Shown here: in pieces, positions 60,869 to 64,000 of the stretch | Layout of the letters: each line of letters opens with the position of its first letter | How positions within the stretch are numbered: the first letter of the stretch is position 1 | Source: Hyphochytrium catenoides | Lineage: Eukaryota > Protista > Hyphochytriomycota | Assembly: GCA_900088475.1 (NCBI GenBank) | Contig: FLMG01002851.1 | Span: 27,422 to 91,421, forward strand | Reading direction: 5' to 3' | Length of the DNA stretch: 64,000 nucleotides | Program-made: the position numbers and the translations under genes | The notes under the pieces: generated by a model | Database searches by the model: none | What the model was told of the DNA's origin: nothing | Seen by the model: the letters and a program-made list of their open reading frames with translations, nothing else

Positions 60869-63600
60869 ATGATAGATTTAGAGCTACAGTCTCCTCTCCG
60901 GAGTGACAAAGCAAATGGCACTGCAGTCAAGGAGATTGTAGAAGCCAGTGGAGCCGTCTGCCCTCTTACTCCGATGGACAGGTCACAGGTAAAGCTCAGC
61001 GGTTCCCCTTTTGCTATTGCAACTCTCACGAATATTTTCTTCTTCTGCTAAAGGCTCCAAAGCAGCGAAAACGGCTCGGAATTGGGACTCCAAGCCCTGC
61101 CAGGGGCGCAGCAGCTGAAGCGATGCTCGCCTTGTTTTCGGTCGATGGTGAGACTCTAGAGGATTTAAGCCAACAGCCAATGGTAAGGCACGGGACTATA
61201 GAGGACACTAGTGATAAGCAGCATACAATATTGACTTATACCGGTCGGTTTGTAGACAGAGACTGGCTCCACCGGACAAAGTTCGAAGCGCAGCTACTCC
61301 CAGTTGGCGCCAGAGGACGAGAGCCGTGCAGCCAAGCATGTAGCACTGCAAAGAAGTAGCAGCCAGTCCCAAGAGGACGATATATATAGGCGAAAAGACA
61401 AATCTCTTGGTCTCCTCTGTGAAAAGTGAGTTCCTGCAGTCCTCCAACGAACAGCATCCATGTGACCAAACTAACTGTTGGTCCTTCTTTGATGCTCACC
61501 GTTCCCAAGGTTTCTTCATATCTTCGGACGGTCTCCGTGCGCTAATATTCATTTAGATGAAGCAGCTGTTAGATTAGGTCAGTCACGGCAAATTTCTGCA
61601 GCAAGATCCAATCCTTGTACTACATAGAGCGATCTTACTCAAGCATAACTGCCTAACTAGGTGTCGAGCGGCGGCGGATTTATGATATTGTGAACATTTT
61701 AGAGAGTGTCAACGTCATGTCCAAAGCAGAGAAGAATGTGTATACTTGGAATGGGTTGCCGGGCATGGGCCCAGCCATCGCAGCATTACAGGTGTGTATG
61801 TCACCTCCCATGGTGCCAGGGAGGTGCTAGATAAAGGGCTGAAAGGAGACTGCAGGAGCATGGAGTCCCCGAGTTGGCTAGCCTTTCGGACGACGGCCAG
61901 CAGGACTCCGCCGAGGACTCAGAAGACTGTGACTCTCCAACCCGCAGCATACATGGCCAGAGGGAGAAGAAGGTCAAGAAAAAAGGTAAGAGAGTCTGAA
62001 GAGATAATAGTTGTAGCGTTTCCACTAAATACCAGCAGAAGACTGATCTCTAGTGCTCTTAGTGGATTCCAAGCGCAAGGAAAAATCTCTTACAAGGCTG
62101 AGCCAACAATTTGTGCGGCTCTTCCTACTTGAGGTTCTTAACCATTTGTGCTTCCGGCCGAGCTGAGCTCGATCTAACCCTTCGCTCACTGCTACAGAAG
62201 GGGAAGACGATCACCCTTGAGGGCGCCGCTAGAAACCTCATGGCTAGCTCAGATTGCCAAGATCCAGATTTGAAGCTTCTCAAAAGTAGGTACCATCTTT
62301 TTACTTAAGAGCCGCTCCCGTATCTAACGCCGCCCACCGATCTGTCAACAGCGAAGATTCGCAGGCTGTACGATATCGCCAATGTTCTAGTTAGTATCAA
62401 TGTGATAGAGAAGGTGAGCTCTGCTTGTCGATGTAATGCATAGAAACATTTTCGTCTTAAGAATAACTCTTAGGTGCATTTGCCTGGCACAAGGAAGCCT
62501 GCTTTTAGATGGCTTTTAGATAGATGCAAGAAGTCGCCTCTCGGCCATAACGAGTTGGCGACCCCTCCTCCAGCCGGTAAAAATCTACTCTTGCTCCTCT
62601 TCGGCTACATACTCCCGCGGCTAACAACTACTATTGGACAGTACCACCCAAGAAGTCGACGACGAAGAAAGCAAAGGGGCCACCTTGTGGACGTCAAGAA
62701 GACTCCAAAGACCCCGCAACGACTTTGGGCAGCCTCACAGCCAATTCTACAGATGCAGGCAAGATGGTCGTGGATGAGTCTATTGACCATCACGTCACAC
62801 CTGTGGTAGTGCAGGCGGGGGACAATGCTATTTCACCTGTGTTCTCCATTGCACAAGCACATGCCACACCACTAGACACAGCCGCCACATTTTGTAGAAC
62901 TCCTTCAAAGCCTGTGGCCAAGCAACGAATAGGAGACGGCGACGGGTGCAGTCAGCTGCCTCTGCTAGAATTCAAGAGAGAAGGAGACCTCATTGCTCCC
63001 ATCCCTCCAGCTGAGATGCTCTATTTCCAAACCCAGTACCTTAACCGATTTATGGATGAGTACAAGGACGAGTATAGGGCCTGGTGTTCCGCTCCGCTTG
63101 AGGAGAGGCATCTCGTCCTGGCCTCAAAGCTGGGCGCTCATAAACAGCAGACAGGAGAGGAAGCATCAAGGAACAACCCTGGCGAAGTTCTAAGGTCTCC
63201 TCCTTCTAGGAGCCACCGGCATCAAGAGTCCCATTGTGGGATACTTAGGGAACTAAAGAACCCGGCTTCCCCGCCAATCATTGTATCTTCCACCAAGCTT
63301 ATGCGGGAGCTATCAGAAGCCGCACCCGTCCGACCTGCATCAGCTAGAGCTCAAGTAGACACACCCATTCCGCAGAAAGGCACGTTAAGGGCAGGGATTC
63401 CAGCTCCACTTCTTTCCACTGGCTCAACTACAAAGGATGGCGACGGTTTTGAAGCCCCATTACCAGTCAAGAAGGTAAACTTTGACGAAGATGAAGGAGA
63501 ACCGAAGAGTCAAGAAAATAGCTTGACAGGTCAAAGCCCGACCTCCGTAGCGGAGATCGGTTTACACATAACTGCAGGAGCCCCGCTTCCTGAGCTCTAG
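60869..63600 (+). CDS. Atypical E2F transcription factor with two DNA-binding domains (E2F7/8, plant DEL type)
   Basis: DBD1: [51 protein letters not shown]. DBD2: [60 protein letters not shown]. Disordered C-terminal exon ending at TAG 63598-63600. Confidence 0.92.
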
Positions 63601-63712
63601 GTGCAGGAAGTCTGTCAGCTCTGCTGTCCACCCCACATCATTATTAATATTCAATGGCGCCATCAAGGCACCACAGTGTACATAGATATACGGATTGAAG
63701 CCCATATACTCT

Positions 63713-64000
63713 TCACCATCCAGGCAGAGGAGTTTTTGGAACCATCGTGCCGTTGGTCATCTTGAACCAGTGCTTGTCTATGAGCTGATCCCTTCGGCGA
63801 CAGGTGTATACATAGTACTGCCAAGAGATTGAGAGATCGTAAGGGTAGGTCGGCCATGTAGATTAGCCTCCGGCTATACAACAGCGGTCACTGATAAACA
63901 AGCGACAAGTATTGAGAAAGAGTGCGCCATTACCTGTGTGAATGTGAGCTGTTTCTCTCCACTGCTGTAGATCGGAAGATCCTCGCCGAGTAGCGCTTCC
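63713..64000 (-). CDS. 3' end of a gene running off the window; product unknown (the C-terminal YYVYTCRR is reminiscent of small SAM methyltransferases)
   Basis: Minus-strand exon EALLGEDLPIYSSGEKQLTFTQ|gtaatg..ttggcag|YYVYTCRRRDQLIDKHWFKMTNGTMVPKTPLPGW*, with in-phase GT-AG splicing. Confidence 0.5.

Noticed and set aside
1-64000. Alternative genetic code, non-canonical introns, CRISPR arrays, prokaryotic operons or transposons
   Set aside because: In-frame stops in the genes I traced are explained by GT-AG introns (one short NELF-B stretch at ~33770-33920 could not be fully resolved); no spaced repeats, transposase/RT motifs or terminal inverted repeats were seen.

Overview
Gene-dense, intron-rich eukaryotic (protist) nuclear DNA from a draft scaffold with six short N gaps. 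A stramenopile-like flagellate is my best guess, but that is inference only. By manually splicing GT-AG introns I can support about 17 protein-coding genes. In order: axonemal inner-arm dynein heavy chain (DNAH2/DHC10-type, 5'-truncated, +), IPP isomerase (-), a basic-tailed hypothetical protein (+), IGHMBP2-type SF1 helicase (-), RCC1 (+), a stand-alone SLOG/LSDAT protein (-), a coiled-coil RING E3 (+), an Apd1/Aim32-type ferredoxin (-), a tandem FAIM-like+WW protein (+), NELF-B/COBRA1 (-), a UBR1/PRT6-type N-recognin (-), an MFSD8-like transporter (+), KATNIP (-), SRP68 (+), cathepsin Z/X (-), an atypical E2F7/8 (DEL) factor (+) and a partial gene (-). I recognised no rRNA, tRNA, CRISPR array or transposon. 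Three observations stand out. (1) An apparently genuine RanGEF RCC1 has a Nup50/Nup2-like NPC-targeting helical segment fused at its N-terminus. (2) The NELF-B pausing-factor subunit has an intact bromodomain inserted inside its COBRA1 fold. (3) Gene strand alternates at 15 of 16 junctions, and convergent ends are very tight. All homology calls come from recognising motifs, not from database searches.
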